From Acholeplasma laidlawii PG-8A (lineage in GTDB: Bacteria; Bacillota_I; Bacilli_A; Acholeplasmatales; Acholeplasmataceae), in assembly GCF_000018785.1 (NCBI RefSeq), contig NC_010163.1:1170001-1202000 (forward strand): 32,000 nt of DNA, read 5' to 3'. The notes beneath the pieces are model-generated. The model worked only from the letters and a program-made list of their open reading frames with translations. It was not told where the DNA came from and ran no database searches. Of this stretch, positions 13,216 to 20,676 are shown one piece after another (position 1 is the first letter of the stretch; each line of letters starts with the position of its first letter). The position numbers and the translations under genes are program-made.

Positions 13216-13280
13216 TGCAGCTGGCTACCATTTTCAAGGCCCTATAGTTTTGCGCCCTATATTTTCATATAGTTTGCCAA
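13216..13280 (-). promoter_or_regulatory. Candidate c-di-GMP-I (GEMM-I) riboswitch aptamer.
   Basis: The minus strand reads tttGGCAAAC-TATAT-GAAA-ATATAG-GGCGCAAAAC-TA-tagggccttgaaaatgg-TAG-CCAGCTGC. This matches the remembered GEMM-I core: GGCAAAC, a 6-bp hairpin capped by a GAAA tetraloop, CGCAAA(G/A)C, a second hairpin closed by CTA/TAG, then GGUAGC and GCC.GCUGC. No covariance-model search was possible. Confidence 0.55.
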
Positions 13281-13303
13281 ATATTAATTTGGATGTATGA
13301 GTT

Positions 13304-13333
13304 AATTATAACAAAGCTATCAATCTTAAACAA
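13304..13333 (-). promoter_or_regulatory. Probable sigma-A promoter of the giant gene leader, with an extended -10.
   Basis: The minus strand reads TTGTTT-17 nt-TATAAT, with TG one base upstream of the -10 (TGtTATAAT). This predicts a leader of about 170 nt. Confidence 0.45.
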
Positions 13334-13499
13334 GTAAAACTATAATTTGACGACCTTATTAACCATTGTTTATTATTTTTCCGATGATAATTAGCTATTC
13401 AGCTTATTTTTACTACAATTCACCACACTTATTTGCAATATCTAGGAAACTACTGTTAATAATATTGATAAAATTATTAGAGAAAATTTTTTTTGTTTT

Positions 13500-13630
13500 G
13501 ATTAATTTCATAAATTATTTTACCCCTTTTCCTTATTTCCACTATTTACTTGGTTTTGCCTATCTAATACCCATATAAGTATACCATTTCCCTATTTGGG
13601 AATTCATAAATTGTAGTTATTGGATTAATG
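13500..13630. repeat. Direct repeat copy A, downstream of the AraC-family gene. It carries a decayed small-ORF remnant (MNSQIGKWYTYMGIR*).
   Basis: 13544-13630 aligns with 14708-14790 at roughly 80% identity by eye (tacccat.taagtataccattt.cctatttg.g...gttattg.a.ttatg). Similarity extends further left, with an insertion of about 30 nt in copy A. Confidence 0.7.
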
Positions 13631-13632
13631 CT

Positions 13633-14487
13633 TTATTTATGAATTGCAAACCATATCTCTTGGGTATTATCTGCACCATAAGCTTCAATAACAGGAAGAT
13701 CTGCTAACTTGTATTCAGAATTAGGTAACCAAATACTATAAAAATCTTGATATGTTTTTTTTACATGTACCTTTTTCTCAACATTAAATACAACCCATGT
13801 TGATTTAGGAAAATCTATAGCTTTAAAATTATCTACTTGCGGATCATCCTCTTTGGTAACTCCCACAATATATTTCATTTCTCTTGACTTACCCCATTGT
13901 CCATTAGCAGCAATACCAAGGATACCACACGGTTTTAAATTAGTTATCATACCCATTAGTGTTTCCATTGTTCCATCTTTTTTAACCGTTTTCCACATCT
14001 TTGGTACTTCTTCAAATGCGTTTTCTGTTAAAATATCAAACTCTTTTCCATAAACTTTAAATCCACTTAATTCTTCAATTCGGTAGTTCATTTGTTCTTC
14101 TCCTATAATTTTTATTTGGAATGATAGTTTAGGAGTTAAATTAAGTTGTACTATATTTTTTCTTACCTCTGATGGCAAACATCCATGAAATGTTTTAAAG
14201 GCTCTAGTAAATGCATCTTGTGAACTATATCCATACTTAATAGCAAAATCGATAATTTTTTCATTAGATTCTAAAAGTTCAATACCTGCTTTTGATAGTC
14301 TTCTTTCTCTAATATAGACGCCTAGAGTCTTTCCAGAAATATATGAGAAAACTTTTTGAAAATTCTCAAATGAACACATCATAATTTCAGATAATTGCTG
14401 ACTCGAAATACTTCCATCTAAATTTTTTTCAATATATTCAATTGATGCATTTAACTGTTTAATCCAATCCACTTCTATCATCTCCAC
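13633..14487 (-). CDS. AraC-family transcriptional regulator with a C-terminal GyrI-like effector-binding domain.
   Basis: 284 aa. The N-terminal HTH_AraC pattern reads ...LSEIMMCSFENFQKVFSYISGKTLGVYIRERRLSKAGIELLESNEKIIDFAIKYGYSSQDAFTRAFKTFHGCLPSEVRK. The C-terminal roughly 150 aa resembles GyrI/Rob-type effector domains. A strong RBS (AGGTGGAG) precedes the ATG. Confidence 0.8.
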   Translation of the reverse strand: MEMIEVDWIKQLNASIEYIEKNLDGSISSQQLSEIMMCSFENFQKVFSYISGKTLGVYIRERRLSKAGIELLESNEKIIDFAIKYGYSSQDAFTRAFKTFHGCLPSEVRKNIVQLNLTPKLSFQIKIIGEEQMNYRIEELSGFKVYGKEFDILTENAFEEVPKMWKTVKKDGTMETLMGMITNLKPCGILGIAANGQWGKSREMKYIVGVTKEDDPQVDNFKAIDFPKSTWVVFNVEKKVHVKKTYQDFYSIWLPNSEYKLADLPVIEAYGADNTQEIWFAIHK

Positions 14488-14696
14488 CTATATTATATTA
14501 ATCTGGCAATTTTATTACTCGCCTTTTTATGACTTTTTTAGTCGAATCCAACTAATTAAAGTATACTTTTATCTTCAAAAATAATAACCATAAAATATAA
14601 GAAAGAATGATGAGTTTTTTAGAGTTTGATTTTTAATTTGAGTGGTAAGAAAACAATAGGAAATAAGCAGTTCGTTGGTATGAATCTCGTTTTATT

Positions 14697-14790
14697 GATT
14701 TTTTCATATTTACTTTTGCATATCTATTACCCATGCAAGTATACCATTTTCCTATTTGAGACGTCATACACTCATGTTATTGAACTTATG
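14697..14790. repeat. Direct repeat copy B, upstream of the AraC-family gene. It overlaps an intact 44-codon minus-strand small ORF (14633..14767).
   Basis: Same alignment as copy A. The small ORF reads MTSQIGKWYTCMGNRYAKVNMKKSIKRDSYQRTAYFLLFSYHSN, which is below the track cutoff. Confidence 0.7.
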
Positions 14791-14881
14791 AAGTATTCAT
14801 TTGTATTATTGAGAAAGTATTCTTGACACTACCAAAAATTATTGTCGTACGATCAAATTAAATTGAATTAATACCATTTTC

Positions 14882-15241
14882 TTGTACTTTATGTTCTTTG
14901 TAGTTATTATATCATTTGTTGATTCATTGATGCTATATTCAGATGCATCAGAAGATACTTCTCACAATAAAAAAACTCTATTATCAAATAAAGTTTCATT
15001 GTTAAATAGTAAAAAGATACTCCCTAATTATGTTAAAAGGATTAAGAACTTCAAGAGTAATCACTCTATTGATGAATTTAAAAATATCATTGATAAAGTT
15101 AAAATTATTGATGCATTAACTTTTGAAATAAAACTCTCTTTGGTTAATCTTGAGTCAATTAATTATTTCGTTACTCATTCGACCATATCAATTAAGATAG
15201 GCAATCTAATGAAAGAAATTAAATATTATATTGTTCTCTAA
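14882..15241 (+). CDS. Hypothetical protein with a hydrophobic N-terminus and a K/N-rich body. Coding status is uncertain.
   Basis: This is a track ORF with a TTG start (or ATG at 14891), no convincing RBS and no recognisable family. A possible TTGACA...TACGAT promoter lies near 14823. Confidence 0.25.
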   Translation: MYFMFFVVIISFVDSLMLYSDASEDTSHNKKTLLSNKVSLLNSKKILPNYVKRIKNFKSNHSIDEFKNIIDKVKIIDALTFEIKLSLVNLESINYFVTHSTISIKIGNLMKEIKYYIVL

Positions 15242-15255
15242 TTTTTTAGATATGG

Positions 15256-15306
15256 TTCAATCACTTATCACGGACTTTTATTCAAGTGCTTCAATCACTT
15301 ATCACG
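15256..15306. repeat. Two copies of the 17-bp direct repeat TTCAATCACTTATCACG, spaced 34 bp apart.
   Basis: Exact copies lie at 15256-15272 and 15290-15306 in an intergenic region. Confidence 0.8.
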
Positions 15307-15384
15307 AGCATAGAATTTTTAATAAACAAATATTGTTTAGGACTATTGGCGCCAATTTAAAATGTCATCGATAGCCCTTTTTTA

Positions 15385-15408
15385 ATAAAAAATGCCCTAA
15401 AAGGGCAT
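15385..15408 (-). terminator. Intrinsic terminator downstream of tRNA-Cys.
   Basis: The minus strand reads ATGCCCT-ttt-AGGGCAT followed by TTTTTATT. Confidence 0.6.
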
Positions 15409-15455
15409 AATTTGGTATTATTTGGTAGTTTTTTGCTACCAATTAAAGATTTCTT

Positions 15456-15530
15456 TGGAGGCCCCGATCGGATTTGAACCGACGCGTCAAGGTTTTGCAG
15501 ACCCATGCCTTACCGCTTGGCTACGGGGCC
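15456..15530 (-). tRNA. tRNA-Cys (GCA).
   Basis: The minus strand reads GGCCCCGTAGCCAAGCGGTAAGGCATGGGTCTGCAAAACC...GGTTCAAATCCGATCGGGGCCTCCA. It folds as a cloverleaf with anticodon loop CUGCAAA and an encoded CCA. Confidence 0.9.
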
Positions 15531-15635
15531 AAACACGCTATTATATTATACGTTTTGAAAACGTAAATGTCAATGATAAAAACAACCTACAAATGGGAGA
15601 GACTAGTTTCACACATTTAGTAGGTTGTTCTTCTT

Positions 15636-16592
15636 TTATATTTGAGTTTCTAAATTTGAAGCTATATGTTGTAAAACAAAATCTGTTGTTAGATTATGTT
15701 TTTTAACATAGCGATTATTTGGATGAATTCTACAAGCATGTGAACATGATCCTAAATATTTTTCTTCAGATGCTTCACTTGCAAGTATTTGTTTATTACA
15801 CTCTGGATTTCCACAGTTAATATATCGTTCACATGGTTCGTTTGTAAAGTAATCTCTACCAACTACGACATGCTCGTGTTTATTGATATCCACTGCAATA
15901 CGTTCATCAAATACATACATTTTACCATCCCAAAGTTTGCCTTCAGTATCTTTACTTGTACCATAGTTGTGGATACCACCATGCAATTGACCTGCCACAT
16001 TAAAACCTTCTTTAATTAACCAGCCGCTAAACTTCTCACATCTTACACCACCGGTGCAGTATGTTAGAATTTCCTTGTCTTTAAATTGATCTTTGTTTTC
16101 TCTAATCCAGTCTGGTAAATCTCTAAAGTTTTTAATTTCAGGTTTGATTGCCCCTCTAAAGTGACCCAAATCAAACTCGTAGTCATTTCTAGCGTCAATA
16201 ACTACTGTATTTGGATCTTGTAGTTTTTGATAAAACTCAATAGGTTCTAAATACTTACCTGTAATTTCAAGTGGGTTCACATCATCTTCTAAACTTAAGT
16301 TCACTAATTCTTTTTTAACACGTACATGCATTTTACTAAATGCGTGTGCATCTACTTCATCAATTTTAAAGAAGATATCTTCAAAACCTTGAAGACTTTT
16401 TAAATAATCCATGTAGTTTTCTGTTTGTTCAAATGTACCTGATAAGGTACCATTAATACCTTCACTAGAAACTAAAATACGCCCTAGTAAATCTTGGCTC
16501 TTACAATAAGCTAAATGCTCATCTTTAAACTTTTCTGGGTTTTCAATGGCTGTATACTTATAATAAAGAAGCACTCTATAATTTTTTTGCAT
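15636..16592 (-). CDS. trhO: Rhodanese-domain tRNA uridine(34) hydroxylase (UPF0176/TrhO family).
   Basis: 318 aa. It has the family N-terminus (YRVLLYYKY...[16 protein letters not shown]), the rhodanese active-site loop CTGGVRCEK and a C-terminal Cys-rich tail. An AAGGAAG RBS is present. Confidence 0.85.
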   Translation of the reverse strand: MQKNYRVLLYYKYTAIENPEKFKDEHLAYCKSQDLLGRILVSSEGINGTLSGTFEQTENYMDYLKSLQGFEDIFFKIDEVDAHAFSKMHVRVKKELVNLSLEDDVNPLEITGKYLEPIEFYQKLQDPNTVVIDARNDYEFDLGHFRGAIKPEIKNFRDLPDWIRENKDQFKDKEILTYCTGGVRCEKFSGWLIKEGFNVAGQLHGGIHNYGTSKDTEGKLWDGKMYVFDERIAVDINKHEHVVVGRDYFTNEPCERYINCGNPECNKQILASEASEEKYLGSCSHACRIHPNNRYVKKHNLTTDFVLQHIASNLETQI

Positions 16593-16629
16593 TTAAATCT
16601 TCCTTTTTTGTTCATTCATTTACCGGTTT

Positions 16630-16658
16630 ATTATACATAATTGTGGTATGTCTTACAA
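16630..16658 (-). promoter_or_regulatory. Probable trhO promoter.
   Basis: The minus strand reads TTGTAA-17 nt-TATAAT. Confidence 0.45.
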
Positions 16659-16682
16659 AAGATTTGCCTATATCACTCATTA

Positions 16683-16709
16683 TTAGCACTCATCACTTGA
16701 CAGTGCCAA
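16683..16709 (+). promoter_or_regulatory. CIRCE (HrcA) operator upstream of clpB.
   Basis: TTAGCACTC-N9-CAGTGCCAA compared with the consensus TTAGCACTC-N9-GAGTGCTAA: the left arm matches 9/9 and the right arm 7/9. It overlaps the -35 box. Confidence 0.75.
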
Positions 16710-16725
16710 TTATTCGGCATATAAT
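16697..16725 (+). promoter_or_regulatory. Consensus sigma-A promoter of clpB.
   Basis: TTGACA (16697-16702), a 17-nt spacer, then TATAAT (16720-16725). The AAGGAGGA RBS precedes the ATG at 16761. Confidence 0.75.
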
Positions 16726-16760
16726 AATGTTATATTATAGAATTTTAAGGAGGAAATAAT

Positions 16761-18887
16761 ATGCAATTTAACCCAATGGATGATTATTCAAAAGATCCTG
16801 ACATTTTAAAAAAGTTCGGTAGAAATATTGTAGAACTTGTTAAAGAAGGTAAAGTCGACCCAGTGATTGGTCGTGAGGAAGAGATTAGACGTATTATTAA
16901 AATTCTATCTAGAAAAACCAAAAACAACCCTGTTTTAATTGGTGAACCGGGGGTGGGTAAAACAGCGATTGTTGAAGGCTTAGCTAGAAGAATTGTTGAT
17001 AAAGACGTACCTTTAAGTCTGCAAAATAAAATTGTTTATGAACTAGACTTAGCTCAATTAGTTGCTGGTGCAAAATTTAGAGGTGAGTTTGAAGAACGTT
17101 TGAAGGATGTTTTAAATAAGATTAAAGAAAGCGATGGCCAAATCATCTTATTTATTGATGAATTACATAATATTGTAGGTGCTGGTCGTGCAGATGGTGC
17201 AATGGATGCCTCAAACATCTTAAAACCAATGCTTGCACGTGGTGAACTTCACTGTATTGGTGCTACAACATTAAATGAATACCGCTTATATATTGAAAAA
17301 GATAGTGCACTCGAAAGAAGATTTCAAAAGATCACTGTGACTGAACCAACTATGGAAGATACAATTTCTATCTTACGTGGACTTAAAGATCGATTTGAAG
17401 CACATCATGGTGTGCACATCTCTGATGGTGCCATCATCGCTGCTACAAATCTATCAGCACGTTACATTACAGATAGATTCTTACCAGATAAAGCAATCGA
17501 CCTTATTGATGAGGCTTGTGCTTCTATTCGTATGGAAATTGATTCTATGCCAGTGGAACTTGATGATGTTCAAAGAAAAATACTACAACTAGAAATTGAA
17601 AAATCTGCTTTAAGTAAAGAAACAGATACATTAAGTAAAGAGCGTCTATCTAAAATTAAATCTGAGATTGATGATTTAAAATTAGAGGAAGCCAGTCTAA
17701 AAAGTAGATGGGAAAAAGAAAAATCTCAACTTAATTTATCAAAACGCAAAAAAGAAACCTTGGAACAACTTAAAAACGAACTTAATACTGCTTATAACGA
17801 AGGTAACTATTCTAAGGCTGCAGAACTTCAATACTCAAAAATACCTAATCTAGAAAAAGAAATATCTGAATTATCAGATACTTCAACAGATGATAAACTT
17901 CTAACAGAAACTGTTACCCCTGAATCGATTGCTGAAATCGTAAGTAAATGGACCCATATACCTGTAACAAAACTAGTATCAGGTGATAGAGAAAAACTTA
18001 GAAACCTACGTTTAAGCCTAGGTAAACGTGTATTAGGTCAAGATCATGCACTAGAACTGATTAGTAACGCCATATTACGTCATCGTGCAGGTATCAAAGA
18101 TCCAAATAGACCAATTGGTTCATTCTTATTCTTAGGTCCGACTGGTGTTGGTAAAACAGAGGCTGCTAAAGCACTTGCTGAAAATTTATTTGACTCAGAA
18201 AATCATATTGTTCGTATAGATATGTCAGAGTATATGGAATCACATAGTGTCTCTCGTTTAATCGGCGCACCTCCAGGATATGTAGGTTATGATCAAGGCG
18301 GTCAACTTACAGAAAAAATAAGACGTATGCCTTACGCAATCGTCTTATTTGATGAAATTGAAAAGGCACATCCTGAAGTCTTTAATATCCTACTTCAAGT
18401 ATTAGATGATGGTCACTTAACAGATGGACAAGGTCGTACAATAGATTTTAAAAATACTGTCATTATTATGACATCTAACATTGGCAGTCAATATTTACTA
18501 GAAAACGCAAGTGATGCCCAAGAAAAAATAGATAAACTGCTAAAACAATCCTTTAAACCAGAATTTTTAAATAGAATTGATGAAATTATTACATTTAACT
18601 CACTTGGATTTAAAGTTCAAGTGGATATCACAAGAAAACTACTCAATGAACTTTCAGAAAAATTAAAAGAAGAAAACATCTACATTACATTGGGTGAAGA
18701 TGTTCAAAAATACGTTATCAAAAACGGATTTAATGAACAATTTGGTGCAAGACCACTTAAACGTTATATCCAAAGAGACATAGAAACATTTATCGCAAAA
18801 GCAATCATTTCAGAAGATGTACTGCCAAATCATCACTATGAAGTTATTGTAGACAATGATACATTAAACATTAAATTAGTCTCATAA
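16761..18887 (+). CDS. clpB: ATP-dependent chaperone ClpB, short form lacking the N-terminal domain.
   Basis: 708 aa. It has two AAA+ modules ([15 protein letters not shown] and GPTGVGKTE Walker A motifs), a long coiled-coil middle domain and the C-terminal ARPLKR motif. It begins at the position equivalent to about residue 150 of E. coli ClpB. Confidence 0.95.
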   Translation: MQFNPMDDYSKDPDILKKFGRNIVELVKEGKVDPVIGREEEIRRIIKILSRKTKNNPVLIGEPGVGKTAIVEGLARRIVDKDVPLSLQNKIVYELDLAQLVAGAKFRGEFEERLKDVLNKIKESDGQIILFIDELHNIVGAGRADGAMDASNILKPMLARGELHCIGATTLNEYRLYIEKDSALERRFQKITVTEPTMEDTISILRGLKDRFEAHHGVHISDGAIIAATNLSARYITDRFLPDKAIDLIDEACASIRMEIDSMPVELDDVQRKILQLEIEKSALSKETDTLSKERLSKIKSEIDDLKLEEASLKSRWEKEKSQLNLSKRKKETLEQLKNELNTAYNEGNYSKAAELQYSKIPNLEKEISELSDTSTDDKLLTETVTPESIAEIVSKWTHIPVTKLVSGDREKLRNLRLSLGKRVLGQDHALELISNAILRHRAGIKDPNRPIGSFLFLGPTGVGKTEAAKALAENLFDSENHIVRIDMSEYMESHSVSRLIGAPPGYVGYDQGGQLTEKIRRMPYAIVLFDEIEKAHPEVFNILLQVLDDGHLTDGQGRTIDFKNTVIIMTSNIGSQYLLENASDAQEKIDKLLKQSFKPEFLNRIDEIITFNSLGFKVQVDITRKLLNELSEKLKEENIYITLGEDVQKYVIKNGFNEQFGARPLKRYIQRDIETFIAKAIISEDVLPNHHYEVIVDNDTLNIKLVS

Positions 18888-18893
18888 ATTAAA

Positions 18894-18925
18894 ATATCCC
18901 TATCACTAATTTGTGATAGGGATAT
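18894..18925. terminator. Bidirectional intrinsic terminator between the convergent clpB and Ppx/GppA genes.
   Basis: ATATCCCTATCAC-taattt-GTGATAGGGATAT, a 13-bp stem with T-rich tracts on both strands. Confidence 0.8.
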
Positions 18926-18927
18926 CT

Positions 18928-19827
18928 TTATTTTTGGATTTGTTCTAACAAGTAACCTTCTCTAATACCTGATTTACTTACAATAATTTCTTCAATATTA
19001 AAGAAATTCATTAAAGTTTCTAAAATTATTAGACCTGGCATAATCGTATGAATACGTTCTGGAATCATACGAATAATGGATAGATACGTCTTTTTCTTAG
19101 TAGGATCTATCTTTGAAATTAAATCTTGAATGTTTTGACGTGTTAACTTATCAAACTTCTTTTGGTAAAAGTTTTGTAGTAAAACAAGGCTTGCTTGAAC
19201 AGTTCCACCTATACCATAAGCTACTTTCACATCTACTTTATCTACTTTATGTAGTTTTAATGCTGCAACGACTGCAGATGAAATACGTTCTACTTCATGT
19301 GTAGTTGGAAAAATTTCTTTGACATAGGTAATATAGGTGTTTAATGACCCTAAATTAAGCGATACAGAGTCTTTAAGCTTACCATCAGTTACGAGTGATA
19401 ACTCTGTGGAACCACCACCAATATCAACAATTAACCCTCTATCAATTTTGTGATTAAGTGATACACCTTTATAGCCATAATAGCCTTCTTTTTCTTCATC
19501 TAGTAGTTCTACTTTCATCCCTGATGCTGTTTTAATACGGGTTAAGATTTCATTTTGATTACGTGCTTCTCTAATCGTTGCAGTCGCAATCATAAATAGT
19601 TTTTCTAATTTATAACTTTGACTTACTTCCATAAAATCTTTAACAACTCGAATCACAGAATCGATACCTAAATCAGATAAATAGCCTTCGGGTAATAAGT
19701 AACTCGCTAAACCTACAACTTCTCTTTTTGAAAATATATTGGTTAGTTTATGATTCTCATACGTAAATATTTCTAACCTAAGTGAATTAGATCCTAAATC
19801 AATAATGCCATAGTTCATATTAATCAC
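18928..19827 (-). CDS. Ppx/GppA-family phosphatase (exopolyphosphatase / guanosine pentaphosphate phosphohydrolase-like).
   Basis: 299 aa. It has the N-terminal ASKHA-fold motif GIIDLGSNSLRLEIF and a second phosphate-binding motif VDIGGGSTE. The true start may be the Met at 19818. Confidence 0.8.
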   Translation of the reverse strand: MINMNYGIIDLGSNSLRLEIFTYENHKLTNIFSKREVVGLASYLLPEGYLSDLGIDSVIRVVKDFMEVSQSYKLEKLFMIATATIREARNQNEILTRIKTASGMKVELLDEEKEGYYGYKGVSLNHKIDRGLIVDIGGGSTELSLVTDGKLKDSVSLNLGSLNTYITYVKEIFPTTHEVERISSAVVAALKLHKVDKVDVKVAYGIGGTVQASLVLLQNFYQKKFDKLTRQNIQDLISKIDPTKKKTYLSIIRMIPERIHTIMPGLIILETLMNFFNIEEIIVSKSGIREGYLLEQIQK

Positions 19828-19942
19828 CGCCCCTTTAATTATATAATATCAAAGAACATGTATTTTGTGTGTATGTTTTACATATAAATGATTTGAAAAT
19901 ATGCTAAATACTTGGTATCATTAACTAAAGGAGATTTAAACA

Positions 19943-20626
19943 ATGAAAAAAACATATAATCTAGGTTTACTAACAGGTGGTATTTCTTTAATGCTCGCAC
20001 TGATTGCCTCATTTGTGCTACAGGATTACTTTTCAGAATCTTTTCTGACATTGAGCTTCACATTTGATACCTTTATATTAATTGCAGTCGCATTTATGCT
20101 CATCTTACAATTCAAATCATTTGATAAGATTGCTGCAATCGTATTGGTCATATATGGTGCCTTTAATATTCTTTATGGTATCGTAGGAAGTCAGACATTA
20201 TCTGATGTGATCAATTCAACTGAACTTGAAGTGATCTTCATCTTAGGGTTATTATTAGGACACGTCTTATTTGAAATTGCTGTACTCTTTGTACTACTTC
20301 ACTTAACTCAACAAAGATTTGAGTATAAGTTCACTAAGAAGTTTGTGATTGTAGCACTATCAGTTTCACTTCTGTTACTTATTGCGATTTCACCACTTGT
20401 AACATTTATGACTTTTCAATCGATTATTCGTATGGTGTTCTCTATTATTTCTATTATCGCGTTGTATTTTTGTATCCAACAAATGGTTACAGATACACCG
20501 ATTGTAGTTGAAGCACCTGCTAAAGCAGTACCAAACAAAAGATTAGAGTTATCTAAGTTATACGAACGTGGTATCATCACTCAAGAAGAGTATCAAACAA
20601 GACTAGATTTAATCGATAAAGAATAA
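19943..20626 (+). CDS. Polytopic membrane protein with a C-terminal SHOCT domain.
   Basis: 227 aa with about 6 hydrophobic segments. The C-terminus is LSKLYERGIITQEEYQTRLDLI (SHOCT pattern L..L...G.I(T/S).EEY...). A GGAG RBS is present. Confidence 0.75.
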   Translation: MKKTYNLGLLTGGISLMLALIASFVLQDYFSESFLTLSFTFDTFILIAVAFMLILQFKSFDKIAAIVLVIYGAFNILYGIVGSQTLSDVINSTELEVIFILGLLLGHVLFEIAVLFVLLHLTQQRFEYKFTKKFVIVALSVSLLLLIAISPLVTFMTFQSIIRMVFSIISIIALYFCIQQMVTDTPIVVEAPAKAVPNKRLELSKLYERGIITQEEYQTRLDLIDKE

Positions 20627-20638
20627 TTAAAAAAAGAA

Positions 20639-20673
20639 ACTGCGTTATACCTTAAATTAGGGTATAACGCAGT
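20639..20673. terminator. Bidirectional intrinsic terminator.
   Basis: ACTGCGTTATACC-9 nt loop-GGTATAACGCAGT, flanked by an A-run and a T-run. Confidence 0.8.
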
Positions 20674-20676
20674 TTT

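Noticed and set aside
13136-13632. An invertible promoter element (fimS or cwpV-like switch) upstream of the giant gene.
   Set aside because: Only short AT-rich inverted repeats were seen (e.g. TAATAAT/ATTATTA), consistent with chance. No recombinase gene is nearby.
13366-14826. Plus-strand track ORFs 13366..13578, 13853..14053 and 14626..14826.
   Set aside because: They are AT-rich intergenic or antisense frames with non-ATG starts, no RBS and implausible Phe/Ile/Leu/Tyr-rich composition.
14488-15455. A genomic island integrated at tRNA-Cys.
   Set aside because: No copy of the tRNA 3' end (att duplication) and no integrase or transposase was found to the left of the tRNA. Only the unexplained 17-bp repeats remain, and these are reported separately.
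15422-15706. Track ORF of 94 aa on the plus strand.
   Set aside because: It runs antisense through tRNA-Cys and into the 3' end of trhO, and has no RBS.
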